Source: Toensbergia leucococca
Lineage: Eukaryota
Direction: 5' to 3'
Length of the DNA: 29,795 bases
Assembly (NCBI GenBank): GCA_022813965.1
Contig: JALDZS010000038.1
Location: 124,001-153,795 of the forward strand
The notes beneath the pieces were generated by a model. It ran no database searches. It saw only the letters and a program-made list of their open reading frames with translations, and had not been told where the DNA came from. The translations under genes were made by a program, and so were the position numbers. The first letter of the stretch is position 1; every line of letters begins with the position of its first letter. Shown here piece after piece: positions 1 through 12,979 of this stretch.

Positions 1-555
1 CAAGGGAACTTCTGGGACGTTGCTTGCGATTTGTTGCTGGAGTTATTCGTAAAATTGACTGAAATTAGGCAATGAATGATGACAATGGCGGCAAGAGCGA
101 GAACGTTCAAGAACAGAAAAGCCAACTCATTGGCAAGACGCCCATAGAAAGTTGGACGGAAGTTATTGTGTGTTGAAGAATTGCAGGAGTCACAGACGTG
201 CAGACACAACAAACTTTGAACTGCAGCCAATAATCATCCACCTCCGAATCTCAAACCGGCAGGCAACAACCACACATTCCATTCTATCTCTACGGCTTGA
301 TTCAAGCTATGAAATTCATAACATTGCCTCATTAAGTAACAGGTAGGTATTAAGTAATAGATATTAGGTATTAGGTATTCCAGGCCTGGGAAGCATGAGC
401 CTGCTCTGTCTTACTAGCTGTTGGGCATATCGCTCTTCTACACGGAGTTGGTGCATATATAATTATGCACGGTCGAAAGACCTGGACCCGAAATACCTGC
501 TTGGGATACAAGAAATATAAGATTGAAATATCGTACAGAGATTGACGATGCCTTT

Positions 556-2676
556 TCATTGCTTGTCTTCCGTGTTGTTTTCCCGCAGAGACGTCGGGCC
601 TTGGAAGGAAGGATTTACGCCACTGACACTTTGCAACTCCATTCCACTGCCTTGCTGCTCAGGATCAGAGAGCGTCTGCCTGGTACCTTTGCGAGCCCCA
701 AATCTCTGATCACCTTCCTCATATTTCTCCTTGAAATGCAGATAGGTAGGCGGTCGAGGTCGAATAAGGACGACAATCCAATTCTTAATGTAGTCGCCCT
801 GGTCAAATGGTCGATGTCGGTCCTTCTTTAGGAATTTGTGCGAATTTAGGAATTCTCGCGTCGTCTCTCCACGTCCCATCAGAAACAGATGGTAACACCA
901 AAGACACGCTGGATACGGCGTGATGAGAAGACCGTATAGCATCATAGCGAAAGGTACACGCCAATGGTTTATTGACTCGGCGAATGAGATCCCTTGCATA
1001 GACTGATAGCGTAAACAGTGCCCAAGGCTGGCAAATGTAAGGTAAATGCCGAGCGCTGTGCCTGTGCTCACGAAAGTGATAAAGTAGCGATAATTTCGGC
1101 GTCCAACACAGTTGTTGAGCCAAACACAATGATGGTCCTGCGTTTCTATGCAGCTATCGCAGGACCTGCAATGATGACACCGTGGCGGCCGCCAAATATT
1201 GCAGGTTTTGCAGTACTTGGTGGGAACATCCATCGCCGAATTGGCCGATTCTGACGATTTGATCATAGTCCATTCCGTCAATGATGGACCTAAAGTAAGT
1301 GGATCCTCCGGTGTCTCAGACGAAGGGAAAGGATGCAAATTGCGAGGCAAGATCTTAATCAAGTCCGTTAGAGAGAGAAGTGCTGGGGAGGGTGGAATTA
1401 AGGACATACACCAGGGTCCGTCACAGACGCGTGAATGAATGATGATATACAGATGAAAAAGATGTACGCAAATAGAATGGGAATCGCAGGTGACCCGTTG
1501 TGCCATAACCATGGCGCCCTAGCACAAAGTTTAGAATCGTACTGAGTCCGCCCTGCCAGAAACGTGGGTGACTTACGAATATGCAAAAAACAGAACAACA
1601 GGTATTACGACAAGTAACCCAGTTGCGACGTTAATAGGCCTTTCTCTGGTATTTTGAAACCTTCCCCCGAAGCAAAACACTGTATTACCCTCGAAATACT
1701 CGTAATTGAATCCAGCCTGCGAAGTCGCCGGCTGCGCTGCTTTCGGCTGCACAGGTCTGGGCGACGTAGCTGTAGACGATAAACGCTTATGTGTATGTGT
1801 TTCGTTGCGGGCGATTTCATTCACTTTGGTGGGCAATAGAAAACTAGTTCTGAATGACCTTGGAGATTTTTGCATTGGTGAATGTTTACCGTTACCATGC
1901 TTCTGATTCTTTGCGAGGTCGAGGTACGTAGGCCTTGGGTTTGAGGAGCGATCTTGAAGCGGTCTGTCGCTATCGCCAATGCTTCGTACAGTCGCATTAC
2001 CCGCTCGACTAGCAGTGGCTCGATTATCCTGCTCTGTAAATTCGGTGCCTCTCGACGGCGGTGAGACATCGTTGTCGTGATGGATTAAGGGTCTTTGCTG
2101 CGTGGTTGTATTCGAAATAAAGCTCTGCCTGTTTGCAGCACTACCTGCTTCACTAGAGTCCTCCTCACTAGCCATGGATTGCCCTACCGCCGTCTGTCGT
2201 AATCCTCTTTGCGCTTGGAGACGCTGTGAGCTCATAGGTCGGAAAAATGCGCGCGCAGTCAGCGATGGAGCATGTGTCCTACTTGTCCTGCTTGTCCTGC
2301 TCGTACGACTGGCAGAGCTCTGAGGTCTGCTAGTATTTGAAATTGCCCCTCCTGGTCCTCCAAATGACCCACCAGGTCTCCAGCCTCCTCCGCTGCCAGA
2401 AGAAAGTACACCACGTCTTGATGATGAGGACTGTGTCCATGGCCGGGTTTGTGACGACACTGCGGATGGTGGGCGGGTAGAGTTGTTGACAGATCTCCCC
2501 AGCGACTCTCGCGCATTAGACTGCCTCATGGCCGCTGTACCCTCGGTATAATACTCCTCACCATCCTCAGATATGATATCAGTCATTCTCGAGGAGATGA
2601 CGCTTGGTTCCTGATGTGGTTCCGATGTATTTATTGGGCTCGGAAATGAACCACTTGGTGGTGAGTGAGGAGGCAT
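556..2676 (-). CDS. ERF2: DHHC palmitoyltransferase, Erf2 (Ras palmitoyltransferase) type; exons 2676-1577, 1518-1410, 1353-556
   Basis: Cys-rich DHHC domain KYCKTCNIWRPPRCHHCRSCDSCIETQDHHCVWLNNCVGRRNYRYF, the TTRE motif and the Erf2-type NYEYFEGNTVFCFGGRFQN. Two GT-AG introns (1576-1519, 1409-1354) join three ORF pieces in frame. Confidence 0.93.
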
Positions 2677-2968
2677 GGTTGAGCTTTGAGATGCCTTGAC
2701 AGGCCAAATTCGAAGTCTCAGAGTAATCACCGGTGACTAAGAGTCTCCAGGACTCATGGCTGCTCGGTATATGCCATCCAAGACAAGTCAGGTGTACCTT
2801 TAGAAACGAGATCAACAGGACTCCACCAAAGGCGCAGAGAAGGCGCTGACGTAAAGCGAGCTCCGGGGAGATAAAAGCCAAAAGCGTTACATGGCAGGTA
2901 ATGCTAGAATGTACAAGTATGCAAGATGAGAAGTCAGTTGATGGAAAATGGTCAATGATACTCGTACA

Positions 2969-2977
2969 TACTCCGTA
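2969..2977. promoter_or_regulatory. TACTCCGTA intergenic motif (ERF2 / NDUFA4-like divergent promoter)
   Basis: Exact 9-mer, preceded by the variant TACTCGTA at 2959-2966. Function is inferred from position only. Confidence 0.55.
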
Positions 2978-3186
2978 AAATAAGTAAGGTAATTTTTGAT
3001 CTTAAGCGTCACCAGCGTCAGGGGAATGTCATTTAATGCGTTTAATTCACGAACACGGGTCGGCTAAAGTATTTAGAGCCCGCTAGAGGCAGGTCGCCGC
3101 TAGCCGAGACGTCGGTTCAAGTTGATTCAACGTCAAGTCATTGCAACCATACATTGAACTTTAGTCATTTGTCATCGCCCATTAAG

Positions 3187-3809
3187 ATGTCAGCGACAGC
3201 TGGCCGTGTGGCTAGCAAGGTTGGCAGTACTGCCACCAAAGCTGTGGGAAAGGCGGCCGAAAGCGGCAAGGCAGGGCAGCAGGGTGTCCTACAGAAAGGA
3301 GCAAAGAGAGATCCCGAACTATACGTACGTCGCTACCCCACAAGCAGGTTTTTCTATGAAGCTCAGGTTGACTTCGAAGTCAGATCCTCCTAGCCATCAT
3401 GTCCGGCGCCTTTGGCCTTGCCGGGTGGCATTTTGGTAAACTTCAACCCTGCGTGTCGCGTATCTTACACCTCCGCAACTAATCATCAACTCTATTTCGA
3501 TCAGGACGTAAGCCCACGTCGTCATCTTCTGAGGCCCCGGTCAGCATGGCCGAGGGGACCATGCCCTGGCAGGTATCTAGTGCCAAAGGCGACGAAGCTG
3601 ATGAGCACTTCAAATATCAATATCACCCCGGTGGAGACAAATCAAAAGCTCCGAAGGACGCACCGAGCGCCCTTCATAGCGTCATCGTCCCGAACGTAAA
3701 TCTACCAAAGGTGAGATTGTGGTGTAATCCAAGGAGTGGTACGTTGCTGACAGACTGCGGATAGAGCCTACACGAGAAATATAATAAATGGGGCAAGGAC
3801 GGGTATTAG
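3187..3809 (+). CDS. Conserved small single-pass membrane protein (146 aa), NDUFA4/MLRQ-like; exons 3187-3324, 3384-3435, 3505-3710, 3765-3809
   Basis: Three GT-AG introns splice into one frame: MSATAGRVASK...KRDPELY/ILLAIMSGAFGLAGWHFG/RKPT...MPW...HFKYQYHPGGD...VNLPK/SLHEKYNKWGKDGY*. It has a basic N-terminus and one TM helix. The family assignment is inference. Confidence 0.8.
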
Positions 3810-4156
3810 TGGAATGAGTTGAACTTGAATATTCGGTTATGTGGAGGCTGGTGAACAAGATGGGATTGTAAATAACTATGCGGAGATTCTGCCAATGGCG
3901 TTTCACTTCTCTTTTTCAGAGGATAGCCCATCTCTAGGTATGAGGCTGAGAAAAATGCCTTGTTCAATACGTTTTGCCGACATCACACTCTTTCTTCCTG
4001 TCAACCAGAGCCATGCTGTCAGACGTAAGCTCAAATGGTATCTATATCGATCAACCATTGCTATGGTCCAATCAACTACTTCACGTTGGTTCGCTCATCG
4101 TCGCATCATAACAAGTTGTCTACAATAATCTTACAATATTTTGAAAAGACTTCCCC

Positions 4157-7100
4157 TTACTTAGTTGCCTCGCTAGCATCACTGGCCGGACTTGGTTTTC
4201 CACTTTGTATGTTTTCGACCGACTTTTCTTTGCTGACGTCGTCGTCTGGAGACGCTGTCGCAGGATACTCGCGGCCATCATCTTCCGGAACATCCGCTGC
4301 GGTTTCCGGCTCTCGATCAACGTCCGGGTGCGGTGGTGCAAATCCTTCAGCTCCAGCGGAGCCATCGGCAATTTCATTGCCAGCAGCATCAATTACTCTG
4401 GTCCTCGTTTCGTACCGGGTCTTGAATGATACCTGTCCTGCCAATGAAGAAACTTGATCTTCTTCGAGAAGATTACCATCTTGATCACGATACTCAACCT
4501 TCTCCTCACGGCCGACCACGGACGTATCAACTGAAGGTTGAGGTGTGACGTTTGCATCGTTGCGCGGCTTTTGATCTTCGGCTTGTTGGTCAGCTGGAGC
4601 TGGCGCAATGGGAGAGCCTGTCTGTTCCGTGTTGCCAACGTTTGGCGAGGACAAGGCATACTGATCAAGCTACGGCTTTCCGTCAGCTTTCAGACATTTA
4701 AAGAACGCTGGGCCTATGCCAATAAAGTCCATGAGAGAGAAACCAATGCCACTTACGTCAGTATGAAAATTGTTGCAATCCCAGTCCCATGTATCGAAGA
4801 GCTTGACCCTTTTACAAGCACTTTGAGTCCACGGGTTGCCGTATGATAGTGGTGCGTAGAGGGTGAACACAACGATGCTGACGGCCAAGAGGGCCGTAAT
4901 TCCAGCCCTCCCAATTGCAGGCCTCTCTCGCAAACCAATGCCACGGATACGATTCGTCCCGAAATCGTAGATTTGACACAACGTGACAATTGCGAAATAC
5001 AACGCCGGAAAATAGTGGTGAAGGAATAGTTGACGCTGCATCAGGTAAAAAGGAAAATAATGGAAGGCCCAGCCCAACACTGATGTCCCAATTTCATAAT
5101 CGAACCGTTTGAAATTGACATTATCGTAATCGTTGTAGCCCCGTTGCCAGCGAAGAACCGACAATCCTTTGAAGATTACGTAGATGACAATGGCAGCCGT
5201 CGACGACCACCAAATAACAGGGTTTCCGATAAGATAGATCTGGCGATGATCCTTGCCCCAAAAGTTGATGCCACGACGCAGTGTTGGCCAAGATGGTGGC
5301 CTCGAATCCCAAGCATGGGACTCTACTAGACCAGCATTCGTTCTCCACATAACCTTTTGTAGCTCCCAGAACTTACCCAGGAAACCTGGATTCCTATAAT
5401 TGACCTTCTCCGCGTCTGCACCAAGCATAGGATGTTCGTTCTGTTCCACATACCATATGCTATTAGGAAGAGTGCCTTGCTTAGCACAAGTGACTTCCTG
5501 TTGTTCGTAGGCCCAGTCAGGCAATTTGACCTTGTGCGAGAACAGTACACATCCTGTCATCACATGAACGAGCTTGAACTTCGTCTGGATAGTGCGCACG
5601 CGAGTCTTTGCATCAGCCCCGTCAGACATAGATTTGATGATCTCAATTCTGAAGAAATCGTTGGCATCGCCTTCAAATCCATCATAGCCATACGCAGACA
5701 CCTCATTTTGCCAGTCTGCCTCAGTGACGGGTGGCCGAACATCGTGAGAATGCAGACGCCGATCCGTCGTAACATGATATAACCGGAGGATAGCGCCATC
5801 AGTGACCATGACAGGTTCCAAGTTATCCCACGCCTTCGAACCGAGAATTGGTCCATCTAATCCTTCTGGCTGGGTTTGGTTTTCGAGTAGCCAAATGTTG
5901 TTTTCATCCTTATGAGGATACAACGTGATCTGCTGTTGTTTACTCCCAGTGGGATACATATGATTATGGGAATGCAAATATCCACCCTGAGTATTGTGGT
6001 GGCGAAGGCTGACGCGGCTGCCCAACACGACGTCCACCGGGACATCTTGCATTGCTTTGGAATTCAGTGTGGCCTGAAACTCTGAAGACATGAAGCCATC
6101 TCCATCGCCAGGGTTTACCAGGCATACAAAATGTATAGCAAATAACGCCATATAGAAAGTGACGGGAATTATAATGAGGCAAAATACGCGAGCCAGCAAG
6201 TGCTTGAACCATAAACGCTAAGAAAGACTGCGTTAGTTGGAGAATGTTATTCAAGATGGTATACAATCACCCACAGTGTTGACAGTTTTCGTATCTCCTA
6301 AAAGCACCCACAGTTGCACAACCGTCAAGCTGCCGACCCAAGCAATGGTGAAGAGTCCGACCCATTTGACACTAACTGTGGCACCAAGACCGAGACCGGT
6401 AGCCACCAGCCAGAACCACCAGCTAAAATCAAAAGCTTTCGAAGGGCCTTGCTCATGTTGATTCGTAAAGCACGTCCATGCGAGAGAAGTGAGCGCCGTG
6501 AAGATGATTAAGGGAGAATCCAAGAGAATGAGGCGTGACTGGGTGACTAGACCATTTTCTAGTTGACCAATTAGCACCTGACAGTTGAATCATTGCTTGG
6601 AATCTCTTACCAAAGATGATCAGCCCCGCGCCCATAGCAGCAGTCATGGTTCGACATCCAGCAGCTTTGAGAGTCAAGAATATTGTCGGAACGGTCAGTA
6701 CGCCCATTAAGGCAGGTAGCAGTCTCATGGCAACATATGGTACGCCAGGTTCGACATAGTCTTTTCCAATCTCCTTGAAGTCGAATTCCCCGTCGAAACC
6801 AGCAAGCCATCCCGCAAGGGTCAAAAGTAGCTTGGCCAAAGGTGGATGTACATCCATAAAGAATTTGCCCTTTATATACTTAGAGGCGAAGCCACCAAAG
6901 CTAAAAGGTGTGTATGAGCCTTGGAATAGAGACAGGGGGAGTTTATGCAAAGCTTACTGGACTTCATCGAAGACAACACTATTTGGCTGGTATATCCGGA
7001 ACAGTCGTACCATTGCTGCCACTATCGTTAGAAGCGCCAACAGCTGGAGATCCGATGAAGGTAACATGAAGACATCGTTGTCCGTAATGCCATGTGAGGT

Positions 7101-7211
7101 GTAATCTGTCGGCTTCCTGCTCGCTGGTGCGTCGGCCCCCTTGGGTTCTTGACTTGGTCTATTTGCAGTCTTTTCGCTTTGACGAGCTTTTGAGGCGCTC
7201 TTTGGAGCCAT
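4157..7211 (-). CDS. PMT1: Dolichyl-phosphate-mannose:protein O-mannosyltransferase, PMT1 subfamily; exons 7211-6958, 6900-6611, 6558-6275, 6217-4757, 4669-4157
   Basis: Motifs VVFDEVHFGGF, FFMDVHPPLAK and QSRLILLDS, MIR domains (GGYLHSH, RRLHSHD, LFSHKVKLPDW) and RQLFLHHYFPALYF, plus a long acidic C-terminal tail. Four in-frame GT-AG introns. Confidence 0.93.
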
Positions 7212-7575
7212 GGCTATGGCTTTTAGACTGCAAGTAAAGCGCAGTACAGAGCAGTACAGCGCAGAAAGGGTAGGCACTGGGCTTTTGAAATAGCGGTATT
7301 CAGCTTGACAAGGCTAGAAACTGAGAATCTGAACTCCTGCACGACAACAACAAGGAGGGAAAAGAATGGGAGTCAAAGAGAGTATGAATAGGACGAGAGC
7401 ATGTTATAAAATCATGGCTTCGTGGAGCAAATGAGTGTCGAGGACACGGCTGAGTTGCTGCCAAGGGGGCACCTATTCTTACTTCTTTTTCAGCCCTACA
7501 GATATACATTAGCCTTACAGAGATGTCTGCGCGCTAGCATACGTTAGGCGTGTGAATATTTAGCACCACTGCTGA

Positions 7576-7584
7576 TACGGAGTA
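7576..7584. promoter_or_regulatory. TACGGAGTA intergenic motif (PMT1 / PRP21 divergent promoter)
   Basis: Exact reverse complement of TACTCCGTA. Confidence 0.55.
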
Positions 7585-7784
7585 TTCTGCACGGATAATC
7601 GTTGATCTATCGCCCTAGAGTTCCTGTACAATACTTAACAATAGCTAACTATCATCACCGCCGAACATGTTTGCGACACCGAAACTGTGAAAGACGAAAG
7701 ACTCCTTGAGAATGCAGACTTAAACCCTACCGAAAAGCTTCGATTCAACAGCATCCAGCGCCATAAATCTGCCTCTCCTTGACT

Positions 7785-9468
7785 ATGCCTCCCTCTGCCA
7801 CCAACGGCGATGGCTCTGCGACTCCAGCTCTGCCAGATGAGGTGAACAAGCCACCCGCAGGCGTGGTTCTACCCCCAAGAGACATTCGAGCAATCGTCGA
7901 GAAGACCGCTGGCTACGTTGCTCGAAACGGCGCTGTGTTCGAAGACCGAATAAGAGAAAAGGAGAAACACAACCCGAAATTCTCCTTCTTAAGCGCAAAA
8001 GATGCTTACAATGCTTTTTACGCTTGGCGGCTCGATGAAGTTAGGGAGGGTAGAGGGACAGCAATCTCTGCAGGGAGGGTGGGGGAAGCTGCTCTAGCTG
8101 TTGAACCTGAGAAACCGAAGGGCCCCGCTCCACCGCCAGATTTTCATTTCTCTGCTAGAATGCCGAATATAAATGCTCAAGATCTAGAGGTTGTCAGGTT
8201 GACTGCCCTATTTGTTGCTAAGAACGGGAGGTCATTCATGACCACTTTATCGCAGAGGGAGACAAGAAATTATCAGTTTGATTTCTTGAGACCTCAGCAT
8301 AGTCTCTATCAATTCTTCAGTCGTTTAGTAGACCAATATACAGTCTTGCTGCATGGCATTAGTGTAGATGGGGGAAAGTCACAAAAGGCTCGAATACAAG
8401 ACCTGGAATCCCATGCCAAGGACCGCTTTCATGTTCTCGAGCGAGCCAAGCAGAGGTCAGAATGGGTCAAATTCCAGGAACAGCAGAAGCAGAAGAAAGA
8501 GGAGGAAGCCGAGAAGGAGAAGCTGGAGTACGCCCAGATCGATTGGCACGACTTCGTAGTAGTGGAGACTGTGCTTTTCAACGAAGCCGACGAGCAGGCA
8601 GACCTGCCTCCTCCGACCTCGTTGAACGATCTCCAATCTGCCTCACTAGAGCAAAAAGCCATGATGTCGTTACAACCACACAATATGCGAATCGAAGAAG
8701 CGATGCCGACAGACGAGGACTACAGCTTGTTCTACAACCAGCAACAACAGCAGCAGCAATACTCAATGCCACCACCACCTGGAGTTCCAACCTACGATTC
8801 ATCCGACGCGTCGCAGTCACAGAATATGGACTATCAGTACAACCAACCTTCATCATCCACTTATGAAGACGAAGAGGAAAGAGCCATCGCCGAACGCACC
8901 GAGGCCCGAGAGCGTGCTCAAGCAGCCCAGGCAGCTGCCAAAGGTGGCGCAGGCCAGCCCATGCGCATCAGAAATGACTACGTGCCACGAGCACAGGCCA
9001 AGAGGCAGAATGTAGCAATGGCGTTATGCCCAAATTGCAACCAACAGATCCCCTACGATGAATTAGACCATCACATGAGAGGTATATGACCCCTTTTGAT
9101 AAATTCCAATCCCATTTCTATGTACTCTCGGTTCTCCCCAACGTCAAGCTCCTACTAACACTATCCCAGTCGAACTCCTCGACCCACGCTGGAAAGAACA
9201 ACGGCTCAAGTCTGACCTCCGTCAATCCACCACCAATCTCTCCACCAGCGACGTAGCGGCCAATCTCAAACGTCTTGCCTCACAACGAAGTGATGTGTTT
9301 GACGGCGTGACGGGCCAGCCGGTAATCAGCGAAGAGGAAGCGGCGCGGAGGAAGAAGGCGGCGACGAATTATGACGGGCAGCTGGAGAAGGGCAAGGATC
9401 TGGAGAGGATGCAAGGAATGAACATCGAGGAGCAAATTAGGCAGATTCATCAGAAATTCAGATCGTAG
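7785..9468 (+). CDS. PRP21: Splicing factor 3A subunit 1 (Prp21/Sap114); exons 7785-9081, 9170-9468
   Basis: Two SURP/SWAP domains (IVEKTAGYVARNG...FSFL; VVRLTALFVAKNG...FDFLRPQH), YAQIDWHDFVVVET and HMR/VELLDPRWKEQ. Intron 9082-9169 has a TACTAAC branch point. Confidence 0.95.
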
Positions 9469-10127
9469 CACTGTAGCGATGGTAAGGCGCATTCTAGGGT
9501 GTTGGGCGAAGGGTTGAGGAATGTGATACGGCTACGATTCAACAATACAATGTGTATGTTGCATTACACCCTGTGCATTATCGATTCTTTGTCTACCAAT
9601 CTACATATCTGGAGTTTCAAGAAAGTCAAGTCGAGGGTACATGGCAAGCCAGGACTGAAAGCACTTCCCTTGCACGATTTACATGTCAATTGGCTCTTCG
9701 GCGGCGAAACATGCTTCGGCGGCTTTGATGCATTATCTCTCTCTGTTTGATGGCGTCTCCCGTTGATGGAAACCGCATGCAGTCTAGATGGCATAGATCT
9801 TAATCAAACATTATTGTACTATGTAAATTCCTTCCGTCGCCCATTCACCACCAACAACTCATCTGACGCCCTTGCCACGAAACTAATGCTCACCCATTCC
9901 CCCTTTTGAGTCCTTCCCTCATGATGTTTGAGTATAAGATTTTTTTGAAACATGAAGCAATGTACGAATGGTAAAAATGGTAAAAATGCTCAGCGAAACG
10001 GCCAACCGAACGGCCTGAAGAAGGACTATTGTAAAGATTGGGCATCAGGGTATTTAACGCCAGTGAACGTGAGATCAATTCACAATAAGAGACAAAGTGG
10101 TAAGTGATGAAGGTATATACGAGGACC

Positions 10128-12099
10128 CTAAAAATCAAAAGCACCGGGTATAGTTATAGACAGCCTTTGTTCGTTGCCCTGCGGTGTATCTTTGGAGGGT
10201 AAGGGTTCGGTGGGTGACGTTTGCGTCTCGGCCTTAATGGATTCTTGTAGATTCCCTTGAAGTTGCATTGCGGCTCCGTCATCCGTGTGCGTAATATCTT
10301 CAAAAATAGCGGCATTCCTGGCTCTCTCCCAGGTTTCATCATCCTCTGATCGTCCTTTACGCTCCGAAACAGCTTTACTGCCAATAGAAATAGGATTCTC
10401 GCTTGAGTGGAAAGGATCTTCATTTTCCCTGGACAGAGGATGCCTGGACTTTGACTTTTCGCCCTCGGAAACGTGATTCGTTTCAACAGTGTTGGGGTCG
10501 CTCTTCGACTCTTCGACAGAGTTCCGTGGAGATTCTCGAACGTTGACAAAGGTTGGTACCACTCCACCACCCATCCTTGCCCAAAACATCCGCTCTCGTA
10601 GACGAACACTTTCTTCCCAAGCCCCTTTCTCTGCTTCTTCGCCTTCTGTCCTCCAATGCCCATCCTTGATCATCCTCAGAAATCCCAGGAAATCACAGGA
10701 TGCTCGGACTCTGTTAAGGCAGTAATTACAAAGAGGATACCTCTGCGCATTTTCACTTTCGCTGGTACGAAACCGGTGAGTCCTTACATACTCGTCCCCT
10801 TTTCTATGCTCGCCGCAAAGCGAGCATGAGAACGCGTAAAGTTTGGCCGAGGTTGGGACCGGCTCGACAATCAGGTTTCCTTCAGACATGCTGTTGATCA
10901 CAGTCCGCCGAGCGAGCCACGACAGACCAGGCGCTGTATCAAGACGTAAAGTGGGCTCCAGGTCTTCTGAAAGCACTCTTTTATAGAAGCGGGTTTCTTT
11001 TAACGAAACAGAGCTCAGTGGGCCATCTCGGGAAGAAACGCTGGAGTTGGTTGGCGCTGGAGTGTTAGGAGTCGCAGGTGATGAATGGTAAGTCGCTGCC
11101 GTGGAAAGCGAAGAAGCTGAACCGTTGGACGCAACATGACTAGTAGGATATGGCTGATCACGATTGGTTAAAGTGCCTAAGCCCATAACGCTAAGCCCAC
11201 TGTAAGAGCCACTTGTCACTCGACTTGAGGGTAAAGAGTTATGCGGCATCTGAAGAAGGGAATGAAAGTCGTCGTACGATTGCAGATCTGTTCGTAAGAC
11301 GGGATGCAGTAGATGGGTGAAACTGGTAGGTGGTGCAGGGGGAACATCATAGGTGCTAGGTGTGTTAGGCGATAGATGCAAAGCCTCAAATTTACCAGCA
11401 TTTTCCTGTGTTTGGAGGGCAGGGGGAGTTGAGGGCGCGAGAGAGACGCTCGTGTTTGTCTCTGCCTCGTCCCGTTCCAAGGACATGTGTTGCATAACAG
11501 ATTTCAGATCAGCAAGCTGTTCCTGATGTGAAGCCAGTAGTAGCTCCGTATCATTGATTTGAGCACGGAGCTGCTCGTTTCGACGATCGGCCAGTTCGCG
11601 TTCTTTCCGTGCGGCGGCAACCATCTAGCTAGTTCAGCGATGCAATGAAGATGCTGTCTGAATGACGTACCTGATTTGCCTCCTCGAACAATGCAGTCGT
11701 CAAGGTCTCCAGTTCTAGTTCGATGTCTCTCTTTTCTTTCTCCGCGACGCTCCTCTGCTTCCTTTCGCTAGCCAGCTGAGCCATAAGCTTCCCAGTCTCA
11801 TCTTCGAAGTCGATTCTCTTGACAAGGACTCCAGTCGCAAGCAGGTTAGCATGCTCTTGGGTGGCATTCTCTAATTGCCGGACACGCTCTTTCGATGCGT
11901 CCAGGTCATGGCGTGTTGCGTTGAGAGTATCGTCGAGATTAGTCTGATTGTTGATGGCAGTTATGAGTTTGTTACTCAGTGCAGCTACTTCGCTATGCAG
12001 TTCTGGGTGATGCGCAGAGTTGGAATTGGAGAGAAATCTATGGGGATCATTGGAGACCCGAGAATCCGGCAGGCCCGGTGCAATCGTCACGTCAGTCAT
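10128..12099 (-). CDS. SEC2: Rab (Sec4) guanine nucleotide exchange factor Sec2; exons 12099-11671, 11624-10128 (start codon uncertain)
   Basis: Sec2 coiled coil IELELETLTTALFEEANQ/MVAAARKE, plus EPTLRLDTAPGLSWLARR, CSLCGE, YPLCNYCLNRVRASCDF and RERMFWARMGG. A 46-nt intron lies at 11670-11625. Confidence 0.92.
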
Positions 12100-12979
12100 A
12101 GCTCTTTATCGCATGGAGGACGAAGTGAGAGACATGATATCGAGAGAAGATGTTACAGTCTCTCCGCCGTGGTTTTCGAGGTTGGACAGGTACGAGTATG
12201 AATACGAAATGGATGATGCAATCACGTGGTGGTGAAGTTGCTGTACGAGTCTGTTTTGCTTAGGCTAGGTAAGGTAGGTAGGCTTTTGGCTGTGCTTATT
12301 CAATATTCTGGGGCCGGCAAAAACAGCATCTACCCAATGAGAAGACTTGACTGGACAAGGATCAGTCCATACTCACAGTAGTCCAACGTTTCCACGCCAA
12401 ATTACGCCTCATTACCTCAATTAACGTATCGCCACTCTCGTCTTCATTTGCCTGCTCGAAGGAACACGGTTTTCTCTCTGGAAATCGTCGATCCTAGCTT
12501 CTAGGACTGCACTCTGGATTTTCCAAGGCTCGCATATAATCAGCTAGAATAGAGTAGGTGTGGAGCTGGCGAGTGATGATACAGCAATCAGATGGCCCGC
12601 ATTACCTTGCATTCATTCACAGCCATGCCTGTGCCGTGCGTCGTGCAGTGGTGCTAAATTAGGACCAAAGGAAACATGAGGATTGAGGAGCAGGAGCACT
12701 CTGCTCGCAACGTATTTTGAATCAAACAACAACCTTGTTTCCTCAGTGATATGGGACGGAGTAAGGTATCCGTAGCTCGGACCTGAAAAATCCGAAATCC
12801 TAAGGTGAAGGCCCGCCCAGAATTTTCGGTGAGAATATTTTTTTCTACGCGCGAGGGTACTCTATTCTATTCCGTACCTCTATTTACGGGGCACCCCTTG
12901 CACCTAGCCGATAGAATACCTAGCATAGACCCCGACGCGAATTTTAATAACCAGAACTTTCTGATGAAATATTCTCAAC

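Noticed and set aside
1..250. Minus-strand open frame running off the window with a hydrophobic stretch (ELAFLFLNVLALAAIVIIHCLISV)
   Set aside because: No in-frame ATG, no clear splice acceptor and no recognisable family. It could be a 5' UTR or chance.
2272..2310. RTS repeat in the ERF2 N-terminus
   Set aside because: A small coding duplication in a disordered region.
8739..8759. Poly-Gln (CAG/CAA) run in PRP21
   Set aside because: Ordinary low-complexity coding tract.
9564..9794. 76-aa minus-strand ORF with a CKSC motif in the PRP21/SEC2 convergent gap
   Set aside because: A single CxxC and no other support. It lies in probable 3' UTR territory.
9967..9988. Direct repeat AATGGTAAA x2
   Set aside because: A short slippage duplication with no sign of function.
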